64,000 nucleotides of DNA from Botryllus schlosseri. Its lineage: Eukaryota. Shown piece after piece: positions 1 to 12,091 of this stretch. The position numbers and the translations under genes are program-made. The DNA is taken from NCBI GenBank assembly GCA_051294905.1, contig CM119385.1:2790001-2854000 (forward strand), written 5' to 3'. Positions within the stretch are counted from its first letter, which is position 1. Each line of letters opens with the position of its first letter. The notes below the pieces were generated by a model. The model ran no database searches, was not told the DNA's origin, and saw only the letters and a program-made list of their open reading frames with translations.

Positions 1-102
1 CTAGCCCTAGAAATATGAGAAACTGATGTAAATTTGTATTTTACAGATATACATACTGCAGTTGTTTGTAATGTCACTCCTGTGATATTTGTGACATTGA
101 AA

Positions 103-3100
103 ATGAGGCTGCTGGAGATCATGAACGAGTGATTACAGTGGATCACAGATCTGAGATAGCTGAAACTGTGAGAACTGTATTTTGGAGTAATATCGGGGAC
201 AGTATATTCAACTTCTATATTACGACGAGGCATTTGCGTCGTATGATCTCTCGACAATTCAAGATAAAGGAGTAATACGACTAATCTTGACAAACGATGA
301 AAGTAAGTAATTATTACCACAAATAAATTGGTAGGCTACTATACTAGGATTACACTCTTAACGCATATTCGAAGGGTTGTTTCGGGGTTCCGAACGACAC
401 TGATTACAAATATAACCTTGGTGTTTTCAAATTGTCTCTGGTTTTGGTGATATCCCATGGGGTTATTTTGACGAACGTCACATTTTCACTGTATGGTCCA
501 GATAAAAAAAAACGGCTAAGAAATTAAATCTACTTGTTATACTGAACACTGTATTGAATCAAAATGCAGTAAAATAATTATATTTAGGGTAATTGGATTT
601 ACTGTAATTTTCCATGTATACTGCGCAAAATTTTCACGGTTTTTTGCCCTAAAATCGGGGGGTGCGTCGTGCGTATTATACATGGAAACAACACGCTGGA
701 AAAAAATCCCTCTCGATAAAAAACTTGAAATCACACCTATCTTCATTCTTCATGTTTGTTTCCAATCGTGCATCACTTTCAGCCATCGCGCGTAGTAATT
801 AGTGGGAAGCGTGTATCCAATTAACGAGAGCCGTGTGCAAAAGCACGCGATCTCCTGCTGAGTTGGTTTGCCGTTTGTACGCGAGCAAAATTAGGTCACT
901 AATAGACACTCGTGCGTGGCAATTCTCGCCAATTATTCGCGTCAACGACCGGCCCCAACAATCGCATACGCAATTTATACATACACAAGAGGCCATGTGC
1001 GCAAGATATAATCGCTTGCGTAATCAGTCGCATCTCCAACAGACCTGTTGCGCATGACATAACCGTTAGCCTAGGCGCAATCGCATCTGTAATAGGCATC
1101 GTGCGCAAGATGTCGGTTCTTTGGCCTAAACTAACTCGCCGCCGGCGTCGCAGGCTTTGGCTACTATCGTTTAGAGACAATACCGGTAATTGTATGATTA
1201 GCAATCGCATCTGTAAAATGTCTTCTCGTGCTCAAGATGCCGTGTCGCTAGCCTGAACTATCGCGCCGCCCGCCTCGCAGGCTTTGGCTGCTATCTACTA
1301 TCGTTTAAAGACAATCCCGCTAATTGTATAATGATTAGCGATCGCTGTGTAATGATTGTTCAAGAGTGACATCGTATACGAAATCGGAACTATTCATGTA
1401 CTGAAATGCAGGGTGCGTACTATACATGGGTACAGGCTTTTTCCCAGAATTTACATGCTATTTTAGGGGTGCGTATTATACATGGGGGCGTACTATACTT
1501 GGAAAATTACGGTATCATAATTGGAGTATTTTATAGATTATTTCTCGAGAGACCACATCATATTTAGAGTGGTGCCCCTTTAATTTCAACCTTGCAATCG
1601 ATTTCTTACAAGCACGTTGCTATTTTTGCGCTGAAGAGATATTTCCATGGCTAAGCCAAGTATTATCGTGACTCTTCTATACTTGTGCAGAGAAAGCTGT
1701 TTGCAAAGTCAACACATCTACCCTTCCGAAGACGAACTTAGCGTCGACGAGCATCAAAAGGAAATAAGTCAGAGTGGAAATAGAGGGTGCCAGATGAAGA
1801 GATGCTGCAAGATGGAATGAGAGGAACTTTTAAATCAGGCCGTGACAGTGTCGTAAATGGAACATCAGCAAGAATACTGATGGAGAATGAAGATCAGTTT
1901 TGACCCATGCTCCCTTGGTAGGTACAATCTAACGCAGTGGTTTCAAACACAACATTGCCATGATCGAGTCAACCTGCGACTTTGCAACAAACTCACAAAG
2001 AGTTCGTTTTACAGAATGCTATGATAGTACAAAACAAACTACATATATATATTCCTGAAATAATTTACGATAGTTGTGACATATCCTCGACCACAAGCCT
2101 GACCTGTGCTTAAATTGAGACTACTGATAGTACTAAAGGCTCCTGCAGACAAACTTAATTGATTAGCTATGATGTAAATCTGTCACAATGTTCAGATTTT
2201 AGAAGAAGTGAAAATGTGTTGCCTGAATCAAGCCTGCTTGGATGTTGACTTGACCTCAAAGATTTTGGAAAAGACTTGGAGCTGTGCACTCAGTCTCCTG
2301 CAACCGCAAGAAATTCCGATAGAAATTCAAAAAGTTATGGGTAAGTAAGATACTTTCGCAAATTTAGTTAGTTGGCGGTCAATATCTGTCGAGTAGTTCT
2401 AGTCGCGGACTGTGAAAGATGATTAGTTCAAATTTTAGTTGCGGGTTTCTTGAAGTGAGTAATTCTTGTTCCAGCTTCGCAGTTGTGTAGGTGCTTAATA
2501 ACTGAAAAACAAATGTCATCGCGAGGGTGGGTTGAAATCGAATAGCCTACCTGAGTGATTCCACAGATCTAGTTATTTCAGGGATGGGCAATTATTTTTC
2601 TCTGCAGGCCACTTCAGTAATAGAAAGTAAGTTGGCGTGCCGAGCCGAGCCAACATGTTCAGCTATATTCTCCAGTGTATTGATTTTATTTATAAATGGA
2701 AAGCAGTGAATTACATTTTTAATAAATACGTCTCCGTGGATGTGTTGATATTAGATAGCCTAATGAGAAAAGTACGGTTAATTAACGAAATGAAAATTTA
2801 TATTTATTTTCCCTCCTAATTCAAGATAATGTTAAACATGATACATTTTGAATTCTCTGTAATCCGGGTTTTTATATCAATACATAAAAAGGTAGGCTAT
2901 ATCTTAACAGTGCGACTTGAAGAAATTGACATATATATATCGGTTTCGGCCGACATGTGGCGGTACTTTTGGTCAAGATTTCCTCGTCGTTGAGCTTTTT
3001 TGCAGCACCCTTCGCAGAGTCACATGTTAGCCGAAACGTCATTGTTAACGTCTTGGTGTGTCCTGACGCGGCGGCCGACGCCGAAATGCTGATCTCTACA

Positions 3101-3416
3101 AATTAGCTGTTCTTGCGGGTAGAGTGGTACCCATATTATTATCAAAACATCTAGTCACTATATATCGCGCGAAGAAAATTTGAATTAAGTTTCATAAATT
3201 ATAGGATTTATGTCCATTTACGAAGTAATTTTTGGTGCTTCGAGCTCGGGCCCTCTCCATTTGAGGGGTCTGGGATGCGGCAGTTGCGGCCCTGTGTTTA
3301 GTGCTCCATACCATCTTTGCATTTCAGCTTTCGACATTCTTTTTATGATGTCCATTCACCCTTTATGTATGATGAGGTCTCAGTCAAAACGCGCACTTAC
3401 AATGGCAACAAAGAAG
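103..3416 (+). pseudogene. Family A copy 1: spliced 'SAMD3-like' CMC-transposon accessory gene, decayed
   Basis: Exons 103-302 (ATG at 103 after ttttacag acceptor; ERVITVDHRSEIAETVRTVF...YYDEAFASY..IRLIL, phase-1 gtaagt donor), 1691-1917 (EDELSVDEHQKEI..EWK*RVPDEEMLQDGMRGTF...PW), 2196-2340 (ILEEVKM..VDLTSKI, phase 0 to 1), probable 3328-3416. Each aligns with exons of copies 2 and 3; stops and frameshifts present. Confidence 0.7.
602..1512. mobile_element. Tc1/mariner (Tc2/pogo-like) MITE
   Basis: TIR C(T/C)GTAATTTTCCA(T/A)GTATA at both ends, flanked by TA at 600-601 and 1513-1514; sits in an intron of family A copy 1. Confidence 0.8.
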
Positions 3417-3994
3417 GTTTGAACCAAACTATACGGAAGGAGTAACTTATTGTGACTTATTGTTACGACTTTGCTACATTGACTTGATTTTAAATCTGGA
3501 TTACGCATACAAGCTTGAGAGGGACGTACGCTATGTAATCGCGATATATTATTGAGCAGGTTTCAAAGTAAATCAATTTCCATTCCAGCTCAGTTTATGC
3601 AGCTTATGGTTTTATTCAGCAATATTCAAAAGTAGGTTTTATGTTTTTAATTCCAAAAAATGGCCACACGTGCTTCTCAAAATAGCGGGGCTCACTTTGC
3701 CCATGGCTGAGTTCGATGTATTATAGTTCGTTAGTTGCGGATTTTCAATAAGTGTCCTCCTTTCCCGAATCCCAAATATGATAACCCTACCTTGTAAGTA
3801 ATAGTGGGCGATGCCAGAGTTGATTTGAATGCAAAGTATTGGAATTTCGGCACACATTCATACAGCGATGACATAACACGTCGATTTAGTGGAAAAGTGA
3901 TATTGTTTCGAGTGAATATTGTTCAATCGGGTTGTTCAGATTTGGACATTTTTTTGGAAACTTGTTTTGCAAAGCTCAAAATGATAGTTTAGTA

Positions 3995-4292
3995 CAGGGG
4001 TTCTCAACCTGGGGGGCGTGAAACATCTAAAGGAGGGCGCGAAGAGGCGGTCACCTGAAAAAATATTTCGCGCTTCGCGCGATTTACCTCTATTGCACGC
4101 ATGTTTCTCTCTATATAGACCAAATTTCATATTTTTTTTTCACTCATGAACATCCATAACCTTCCATACCACCAAACAATCTGTTGAGGTTGCTAGCATC
4201 CCAGTGGGATTTTGTGATATGACGATAAGGGGGGCGCGAAATTTTTCACCATCAAAAAGGGGGGCGTGTCTAAAAAAGGTTGAGAACCACTG
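3995..4292. mobile_element. hAT (Buster/Charlie-type) MITE
   Basis: TIRs CAGGGGTTCTCAACCT / AGGTTGAGAACCACTG; perfect 8-bp TSD GTTTAGTA (3987-3994, 4293-4300). Confidence 0.92.
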
Positions 4293-4867
4293 GTTTAGTA
4301 CATAAAAACACTTTTACAAGCGATTTGGGTCATCTTCATCGCGATCTTCTTTGCCCGCAAAGCCCCTCAGGTCAATTCTCCTTACTACTGACGATTCACC
4401 ATGGTGTTTACGTCATATCTTTATCTGTAGTGATGACCGTGTCACTGGTTTGGAGCTTTTGTGAAGTTATCAGTTGTAGACGGCTATGTAGGGATGGGAA
4501 ATATATCTGTTTTCATAACTGTACTGAAATACAGTCCTATAAATGCCAGATGTATCTTCGTTTTACCATGTACAACCAATGATTACCGGTGAACCCAGCC
4601 CTCGGTGAACCCAGCCTTACAAACTCAGCCCTCGGTGAACTCGGCCCTCGGGAACTTTTGTAATTGAGTGTATTAACAAGTATTATCATGAATTATTTAA
4701 CTAATAATGTTATTATCAACTGATTTGTCGATCTTGTAAGGAGGTCAGGGCATGCGTGGATCACGCAGTCACGGCGTGATCAGATCACTTATTGCGCAAG
4801 CACCAAGCGCGGCCTTACAAACTCGGCCCTCGGTGAATTCCGCCCTCACGAAATTTTGTATTCACCG

Positions 4868-5255
4868 GCAACCCTAATATCCCACCTCCGGCAACCCTAA
4901 TATCCCACCTCCACCAACCCTAATATCCCACCTCCGCCAACCCTAATATCCCACCTCCACCAACCCTATTATCCCCCTCCCCCAACCCTAATATCCCACC
5001 TCCGGCAACCCTAATATCCCACCTCCACCAACTCTAATATCTCACCTCCGGCAACCCTAATATCCCACCTCCCGCAACCCTAATATCCCCCCTCCAACAA
5101 CCCTAATATCCCACCTGGTAACCCTAATATCCCACCTCCACCAACCCTAATATTCCCCTCCCCAACCCTAATATCCCACCTCCGGCAATCCTAATATCCC
5201 ACCTCCGGCAACCCTAATATCCCACCTCCACCAACCCTAATATCCTACCTCCACC
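4868..5255 (+). repeat. 23-bp minisatellite (GCAACCCTAATATCCCACCTCCG), ~17 copies
   Basis: Directly visible tandem array; each unit contains one CCCTAA. Confidence 0.95.
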
Positions 5256-5335
5256 AAACCAAAAATATCCCAGCTCCCAGCTTTAATTCAAAATTGTTCG
5301 GAGGGCGGAATTCAGCGAGGTTCATAGTATTCGAG

Positions 5336-5364
5336 AAACACCATGAATACCACAAAACAAACAA
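5336..5364 (+). mobile_element. 3-prime tail fragment of the tRNA-derived SINE
   Basis: AAACACCATGAATACCACAAAACAAACAA matches the SINE ends at 27820-27850 and 36585-36616. Confidence 0.55.
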
Positions 5365-5924
5365 GTAGAGTATGTGAGCGTCGCGTTATCTCCCCCGCTT
5401 AGTCAATCCGTGAATACAAAATTTCCCGAGGGCCGAGTTTGTAAGGCTGGGTTCAGCGAGGGCTGGCCCAGCAAACACAAGATATGTTATAGATATACAT
5501 ATTATATCTCTCACGTGTTCAAAATATATCCTAATAATATGTATTATATATATAAATCTGTCGACACATTAAGATATGTATATGATATCCATATAAGATG
5601 TCTAAAAGATATCCTGAGAAGATATCTATTGTATATATTCTAAAAATATATCAATTCCCCATCCTCATCAATCGTCTTCCACAAAACTTGATTCTAGCTG
5701 GCCCTGAACTGTCGTCGGTTACATCCTGCACTTCACATGAAAGTAAACCAACCATTAATTTTACAAATCATGCATTACTTTTACTTTTGTATTAAACAAT
5801 AAGCAAAAAATTGAACCAAGCAATCAATACATTGGACGCACGTAGCATCACTATACAATTGGATTATATATTCATATTGAAATAAACCCGTATATTTGCA
5901 GCCGACACTAGTCAGAAGATATTT

Positions 5925-6265
5925 ACTTGCGAAGTGCTTTTTTGCTTAGTTCAAGTGTTGATTTTGAGACGAGTGATGTGTTGGAATGGACCCGAGTACT
6001 TCCAGGTGACATTCGTCAGCAACTAGTAGAGAGTAGAACTTGTTGATCCTATCACCAAATATGAAGTCATCGGCATGAAATTTTGAATAATCAAGGTGAT
6101 CCACGCCAGTGACGTCATGTTTGGTGATACTTTCAACAGGTTCTTTTCAATTTTCTACTACTTGCTGACGAATGTTGCCGGGAGGCATTCGGGTTTATTT
6201 GGGTAGCAATGCATTATTCGTTTGGGAGTCAGCGCTTGCACAGAGTAAAAAAACACTTAGCAAGT
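5925..6265. repeat. Imperfect ~340-bp palindrome (foldback-type element)
   Basis: ACATTCGTCAGCAA.TAGTAG...TATCACCAAA.ATGA.GTCA at 6010-6075 matches the reverse complement of 6105-6175; weaker pairing continues out to 5925/6265. Confidence 0.75.
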
Positions 6266-6758
6266 GAGTAAAATCGATTGAATTAGTGCGGAGTTGGACA
6301 ACTAGACAATTTTCAGCTTTTTCGAATTAGATTGGAATTACTGACATTCAACAAGTTCAGTTGATATCAAATCTCCTGTCTCAGTTTCAAGAAAATCAGA
6401 AATTCGATTAGGATCAAATAAGATCATTCCGCAAATTAGAGTAGAATTGAGCAAATAAATATTTTAGAAATTAGATAACCAGAATCTCACTCCAATTACT
6501 GAAATTACACAACTAGAATTATCTAGTTGTCCAAGTCTGCTGTGAATATCGCAAAATGAACTCAAATATCTGCATCTTCAGACTCCACGATGACGGAAGT
6601 GCTTCTTTCTTCTTCATGATCGTGATCACCCTATAACATGAATGAGTAGATTATTACTACGAGTTAAGTGGATCCTCTCAAGTTGCATACATTAAAAGAT
6701 TTCAAACCCTCTTTCAAAAGTAGGACGATCATCCTGCTGTTTGACCCTTAACTAAAAC

Positions 6759-6917
6759 CAGTGATTCCAAAAGTGGGCGGTATCGTGGGTGTGAATTTTA
6801 GAGATACGGGAGGTAACAAAAGGGTCGATTGGAGGGAAATGCGAGATCTTTTAGTAAATTTTATTGCTCGACTCATTCTAGCCCGTGTAAGGTGAAAATG
6901 ATGTTTGGGAACCACTG
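6759..6917. mobile_element. Short hAT-type MITE
   Basis: CAGTGATTCCAAA / TTTGGGAACCACTG termini; TSD only 5/8. Confidence 0.5.
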
Positions 6918-7916
6918 ATTTACACTGCAGTCATTGTAAAGTCAAGATATGAAACCAGAACCTGTAGAATGAGGCTTGTCCTTGGTCGAGGAGATTCTCA
7001 CTCCATTGGCGTCATAAAGTGGTCATTCTAGTAAATGGTTTTGAAATCCTAGTTTGAGCACGGGGTTAAGACTGTTCCTTAGGAATATTTTCAGTTGCTT
7101 GTTAGAGGCTGGAGTGGTAATTTTTGCTTATTCCATGTACTGCACAGTAAATACAGTGAACTGAAGATGTGCAGTAGCAACAATTCACTGACACTCAAAT
7201 AATACCATAAATTGCACAGATATCACACCGGCACCAAACTCATTAACAAAATCACCTTGCAAGATCCGATAACAGTGACATATGGTGCAACTTGGTCTTT
7301 AATTCATTTTTCTGGATTGGCAATGTCAGGATGAGCAAATCTACATGCTCCTGAAAAGAAAATATACTTCGAAGATGTGTTCAGTCATGGTATTACAAGA
7401 CATTATCAGACAACGACAAAGTATCATTGAGTTGAGACATTTCGAAAATATTGTTAACGAGACTCTGAGGTATCAAATTTCAATATACCATCAATACTAT
7501 ATTCACATTATAATCAAAACAAATATTTTTGACTGGTACATGCTTCTAGTTCAGCAGGTCTTTATCTCCAAATATGATGTCACCGCAAAAAACGGTCGAA
7601 TAATCGAGCCGAACAGATGATTTGTGATCAACGTACTATATTTAGATTACGCAGAAACTCCTGTTGACACAACCAACGTTGCTCGACTTTGATAACGTAC
7701 ACACCAAGGCAGAAGGAACCACCTCTTGATTGTAAATCAGTGGTACAAGTACGGTACCGACTTTTACGTTTGTGGTAGAATGATCAATAACTTCTGATGT
7801 GTTCTTGGTAAAAGCCATACTAATAACTAGGGCAAGTTTTTGTTGCAGTTAAATTCGTGGAAAGTTGCATTTATTTTTGAAAAAAGTTGCAGAAGTTGCA
7901 TGTTGACCGGTTGCCC

Positions 7917-8163
7917 GACATATGAGCATGCGACACAATGGAAAACGACAGTACAACATGGAACACATCAGCATGCGTCACTTCAGCATGTGACTGTATA
8001 AACCAAAAACTTACCCTAACCCGAAACATATAGTCCTGAAATTAACCCTTATATATATCCTAACCTAAATTCTAGCCCTAACCCAACCCAAACCTACCCC
8101 TAACCCGTAATTTAACCCACATGCTCATGTGTCGCATGCTGTAATGTCGCATGCTCATATGTC
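7917..8163. mobile_element. MITE with degenerate telomere-like (CCCTAA) core, copy 1
   Basis: TIR GACATATGAGCATGCGAC; internal ACCCTAACCC / CCTAACC motifs; homologous copy at 47621-47858. Confidence 0.75.
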
Positions 8164-8166
8164 CAC

Positions 8167-10671
8167 CAGACATGGGGTAATCGCGATTAGTAATCGTAAT
8201 CGATTACGACGATTACAGCATTTTGAAGTAATCGTAATCGCAATCGATTACATTCGAAAAAAATCCGAAGTAATCGTAATCGTAATCGACTACTTCCCAT
8301 ATCTAATCGATTTTTTTGTGAAAGAACGATTACTTTTTGTTTGTACAAGGACTATGACATAAACTGAATATTCGTGAACAAGAATGAGATAATATACCAC
8401 GTTAGCGATAGCACAAACGTCTGTTGTCAAACGCCACTGTTTCATTATTACGTCAGAAGTATCCACACATTAGTACGTCATTGCGTAAGAAGTATCCACC
8501 CATAGTAAACAGACATGCGATGGACATTGCAGTGTTATTGTAAGAACACCTCCCGTGGTGTATATCAGGTTATCAATACACTACAGAAGCCCCTACCTCG
8601 CAGCAGGATATTGATCGCCACTCTGCCTATAGTTTCAAATAGTAACTTATGTATTGATGTTTGGTTGTGCTTAGTTAAACGCAGTTTACCGTTGCTGCTT
8701 GGCGAGCAGGAAGCCTACGTACGCACGTGCACCTGACGAAGATTCGGAATTTTGTACTCGTCGAATAAAACATTGCAGTTTCCGCAACGAAGCATTACAA
8801 AAAAACAGCTGCTGATATATATCATAACCGAGCCGTGCTTAGCCGTTTCTCGTAACAGCAGCTCGCGGTATAAGTATTAAGTTGAAGGCAGAATTTTTAT
8901 GTTCACTATATCTTATTCTCATATAACTACTTGAAACGGGCGTCAATCGTTATTTCACAGTTCCTTACTTAGCATTTGGACCTGCCACCATAACCACCCG
9001 CTTATATAGCGTGACATGTTAGCGTGGTTTGTAGCAATTCAAATCAGCAATTCAGCCAAAACAGCAACTCGTTCCCCTGTCCAACCGTTGGTCAATTTTC
9101 AAAACTGAATTCGTCAATAATATTCGTAATTGCATTGTATTACTATTCATTTGTAACCTCTCTCAGCCCCGAGTGTCAGATTTACCTGTAGAGCTGGGAC
9201 ACGTAATTCATAATCATAGCATCTGGTATAGTATTATATTTACTTTATTTTATGTTGTTATTTCGCGACCTCCGGTCTGTTGTATAATCAAAAAATATTG
9301 TACTCGCCCAAACGTAGCAGACTAAAAGAATACCTTTTGTGAGACGCACACACAAATTGTCATGACTATATTCCTTTGTGGATGCGCCGGGTGACATTTG
9401 CATTGTGGGCCCAGATTGGAAGGACAGGAGTTATTAGTCACGCCCACCCAGCGCGGCTATTGACAATGGACGAATATCCTAAGTTTCGGCCAAGGTATTT
9501 CTTTGGTATCACATCCCATGGAGTTTCGTGTTGTCTGAAACTGCATGTCTTTTGGTGTGTTGTGTGATCGTGGCGCGGTATTGACCGGCTCCGAAATGAT
9601 TGTTCCCATAAAATAGCCTATGAATGTTTTTTTTAGGGGAAGAGGTATGCATTTCAAACCCAGCTATCTACTGGAGCAGGGGTCACCAACCATTTTGAAA
9701 CAAAAAGCTACTTCTTGTGTAGTGTACTGATTATTGCGACGATCGACGGGTTACCACTTACTCCCGCCGTTTATCCGTGTTCAGTTGGATTACGTCACTT
9801 AGAGTAAGACAATCAGAGCACTGGGCCGGCTTTCTGCCCCTTACCAAGAACAAAAAACGCTCACTCGCCGGAACTCACACCAGCTCCTCCGGGCTCAGTT
9901 GCGTTGCTGCAGTGCGCGCCGAAGCGCCAATCTCCGCGTCGAGACTCGGGAATATTAACTATAGATTCCCGTTGAGCCGCCGCGTGGAAGAAGACAAGCA
10001 ATGCCCCGAGCGACTGCGTTCGTAAGTTTCTTGGGGTCGGCCGACCCATGTTCAACTTCTGCTCATATGAAACCAGCTTCAACTTTCAAATCTCTCATTT
10101 GGATATTTGCTACAGCGACCGCGGGCAACTCATTTGGTCCGCGTTGGTGACCCCTGTACTAGAGACATTTGAATCGCAAAGCTCGAAGAACATTTTCAAG
10201 AATTATTTAAATTCTCGAAAATACTCTATAATTTATGTTGGTTTACGAAATACTTTTGAGTCCCCTTCGAGCACGCTCCCCACCCTATTAAGGAATTTGG
10301 GGTATGGCAGGTAAAGACCTGGCAATAATGCAAATTGTTGGATGCGATAAATCATCCACTATAAAGTTGGGGATTGGTATATTATGACGTAATAAGCAAA
10401 TGACGCATGATCTATGAAGAGAGTTGATATCTCATTAGGCCTTTTCATTGCAATCCTTGTATTGTCTTCCAATATATCATTTAAGAGTATAGTTCTAAGA
10501 AGCAAAACAAATGTAATCGTGAGTAATCGTGATTACTTTTCCAATGTAATCGTAATCGTAATCGACTACTTCCTGATTTTGCTGTAATCGTAATCGTAAT
10601 CGTAATCGCGTGATTCCGAAGTAATCGTAATCGCAATCGATTACATTCATAAAGTAATCACCCCATGTCTG
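8167..10671. mobile_element. hAT non-autonomous element with GTAATC subterminal arrays
   Basis: TIR CAGACATGGGGT; perfect 8-bp TSD ATGTCCAC (8159-8166, 10672-10679). Confidence 0.9.
9677..10156. mobile_element. hAT (Buster/Charlie-type) MITE, innermost of the nest
   Basis: TIR CAGGGGTCACCAAC / GTTGGTGACCCCTG; TSD TACTGGAG / TACTAGAG (7/8). Confidence 0.88.
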
Positions 10672-12091
10672 ATGTCCACGGACCATTTTGACCACATTTT
10701 GCTCGGTTGACTAAAAAAAAAAGGTCAACTTCCCAGATTGACTAAAAAAAAAGGTCAATTTTCTGGCTCAGCTACCGAAATACCCCTAAAAGCCTTACTT
10801 CGGTGCTGATTTACGGTGTTTCAGTCGAATTTGGCCGTGTATTTCAACAGAATCGAAAATACTTTCATGAAAAATCGAGAAAGTTGCAAAATGTTGCATT
10901 AAAAAAATGGACAAAAGTTGCAAAACGTTGCACTATAAGATTCCTTCAAACAGCTTGAAACAGCATTCTACATATCTTACGAATATTTAGGAAGCTGCCG
11001 GAAGCTGTAAAAATGAGTTGCAAAAACTTGCCCTACTAATAACGCTAGCACTTATGGCATGATTTGGACGAACAAGCGCTTCATTCAAATGAGGAACAAA
11101 AACATACCAGTTCAGACGTCTCGTAATTGCCCCCGTTAAAGTCGTTACAGTTGAGACAAGGTTTGACACGGATCTTCAATAACAACTTTCAGCAATACTG
11201 GGCAACTGCCGTGATGTCGTTGTTCATATGACCTTCCATGAGATCCATCATCTGGTTCAGCTCCAACTTCATATCTTCAGGTAACGAAACGTCGCAATTT
11301 TCTACGGACGAACTAGAAGATTCGATATCGCACAGCTTTGCAGGTGTGGATGTACAATACAGAGCAGCTAAAAATATATTTGATTACAAGATAGTCAGTT
11401 TGACCATATGCGAGAAGCTTACCAATGCTCTGTAATAAGCCAGCACATTCTTGACGTTCAGAGTTTTCTAAGTCAACAATACTTTCAAATGAAGGAGCAT
11501 CTTAAATACAGAATTATTTCAAATTACCGTACTCAAATTCGAGAAGAAATCATATTGCTAGGAACTTACTGCCTGGGGTAGTTCCTGCAGCTGGCTGCTA
11601 CTTTCCATGTTATGATCATGATTTTCACTCTCAAAACTTGATGATGGCATTCTTGAATTTGGCATGTCTGGTGTCTGCATACGTCTCCTTGCAATACTGG
11701 CCCCATCTAGAAAGTATGAAAATTTTGCTTGTTTATATATTCTACGTGTATAACATACCAGACACAGTAAAAGGTTACCATTCGTTGACACAGAAGTATC
11801 CAAAATTTTTTTGTTTGGCTGACGTTTACGTTTTGGTCATTCTGCTCCATCTTTAAACATCCAAAGGCAAGCCACTACTCTCCGCAGCTCGCACCATATA
11901 CTTCAAAACCACATTTCATTCATCTAAAACAGATGGATGATGAAGATTGTGCTGATAATTCTGCGATGTACATTTGCGAATTCTAAGTTCCGTTACTGAC
12001 TGAGCATATCATATGTATTTTGTACAGGGACCAATTGCTATCATATGTTATTGGGACTTCCTCTTCTTGTCTTAGTATTGGTATTTTTAGC

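Larger units (their letters stand above)
7828..11035. mobile_element. hAT element (TAGGG-type TIR) with nested inserts
   Basis: TIR TAGGGCAAGTTTTTG; GTTGCA subterminal repeats; perfect 8-bp TSD CTAATAAC (7820-7827, 11036-11043). Confidence 0.9.

Noticed and set aside
799-1256. Overlapping ORFs of 65-114 aa
   Set aside because: Inside a non-autonomous MITE rich in CGCGCA repeats; no recognisable motifs.
6006-6270. Possible family A exons (..MFGDTFNRFF.., ..REAFGFIWVAMHY..)
   Set aside because: They lie inside a palindrome within the later-inserted CMC element; the resemblance is short and better explained by chance.
7990-8120. Interstitial telomere
   Set aside because: CCCTAA motifs are degenerate and enclosed by MITE TIRs; not a (TTAGGG)n tract.
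8733-8772. Second hammerhead-like motif (CTGACGA...GAATAAA)
   Set aside because: Lacks the GAAA core and a pairing stem I.
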